A stretch of 64,000 nucleotides of DNA, from positions 14,508,001 to 14,572,000 of the forward strand of contig NC_073379.1 of NCBI RefSeq assembly GCF_028641065.1, read 5' to 3'. The stretch is from Leucoraja erinacea. Its lineage: Eukaryota. This document shows positions 63,569 through 64,000 of this stretch, piece by piece; within the stretch, counting starts at the first letter, position 1; each line of letters begins with the position of its first letter. The position numbers and the translations under genes are program-made. The notes beneath the pieces are model-generated. The model was not told the DNA's origin and did not search any database. It saw nothing but the letters and a program-made list of their open reading frames with translations.

Positions 63569-64000
63569 TAGAAACATAGAAAATAGGTGCAGGAGGAGGC
63601 CATTCGGCCCTTCGAGCCAGCACCACCTTTCATTGTGATCATGGCTGATCGTCCCCTATCAATAACCCGTGCCTGCCTTCTCCCCCATATCCCTTGACTC
63701 CACTAGCCCTTAGAGCTCTATCTCTCTCTTAAATCCATCCAGTGACTTGGCCTCCACTGCCCTCTGTGGCAGGGAATTCTATAAATTCACAACTATCTGG
63801 GTGAAAATGTTTTTTCTCACCTCAGTCTTAAATGACCTCCCCTTTATTCTAAGCCTGTGGGCCCTGGTTCTGGACTCGCCCAACATTGGGAACAATTTAC
63901 CTGCATCTAGCTTGTCCAGTCCTTTTATAATTTTATATGTTTCTATAAGATCCCCCCTCATCCTTCTAAATTCCAATTAATCCAAGCCTGGTCTTTTCAA
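63569..64000 (-). mobile_element. CR1-type LINE 3' fragment
   Basis: Near-identical to 55103-55460. Confidence 0.88.

Noticed and set aside
1-64000. CRISPR arrays, operons or other prokaryotic systems
   Set aside because: The window is intron-containing vertebrate DNA; its repeats are dispersed transposons, not repeat-spacer arrays.

Overview
Repeat-rich eukaryotic DNA, most likely from a cartilaginous fish (skate/ray type, inferred from the repeat families). The minus strand carries three genes in the conserved vertebrate order FCHO2 -> TMEM171 -> TMEM174. FCHO2: eight splice-phase-consistent 3' coding exons covering the mu-homology domain and ending in GRYMADC*, plus a long 3' UTR. TMEM171: two coding exons. 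TMEM174: its large first coding exon. Most of the rest is mobile DNA: CR1-type LINE fragments, Rex1/Babar-L2-like LINEs, a Vingi/Ingi-like LINE, tRNA-derived SINEs, Penelope-like (GIY-YIG) fragments, three Helitron-type elements, a TA-flanked MITE and a short RTE-like element. Main hunt results: (1) about 20 copies of a short Penelope-linked repeat headed by a minimal hammerhead-ribozyme motif, several joined head-to-head at the ribozyme; (2) a duplicated FCHO2 exon with a shifted donor that would keep frame if spliced in tandem; (3) a candidate 18-nt FCHO2 microexon; (4) no obvious start codon for TMEM171; (5) a structured RTE 5' RNA; (6) a likely assembly chimera at about 12.0-13.5 kb. Most small ORFs in the supplied track are repeat-derived or spurious. 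Family and gene names come from my recognition of the sequences, not from database searches.
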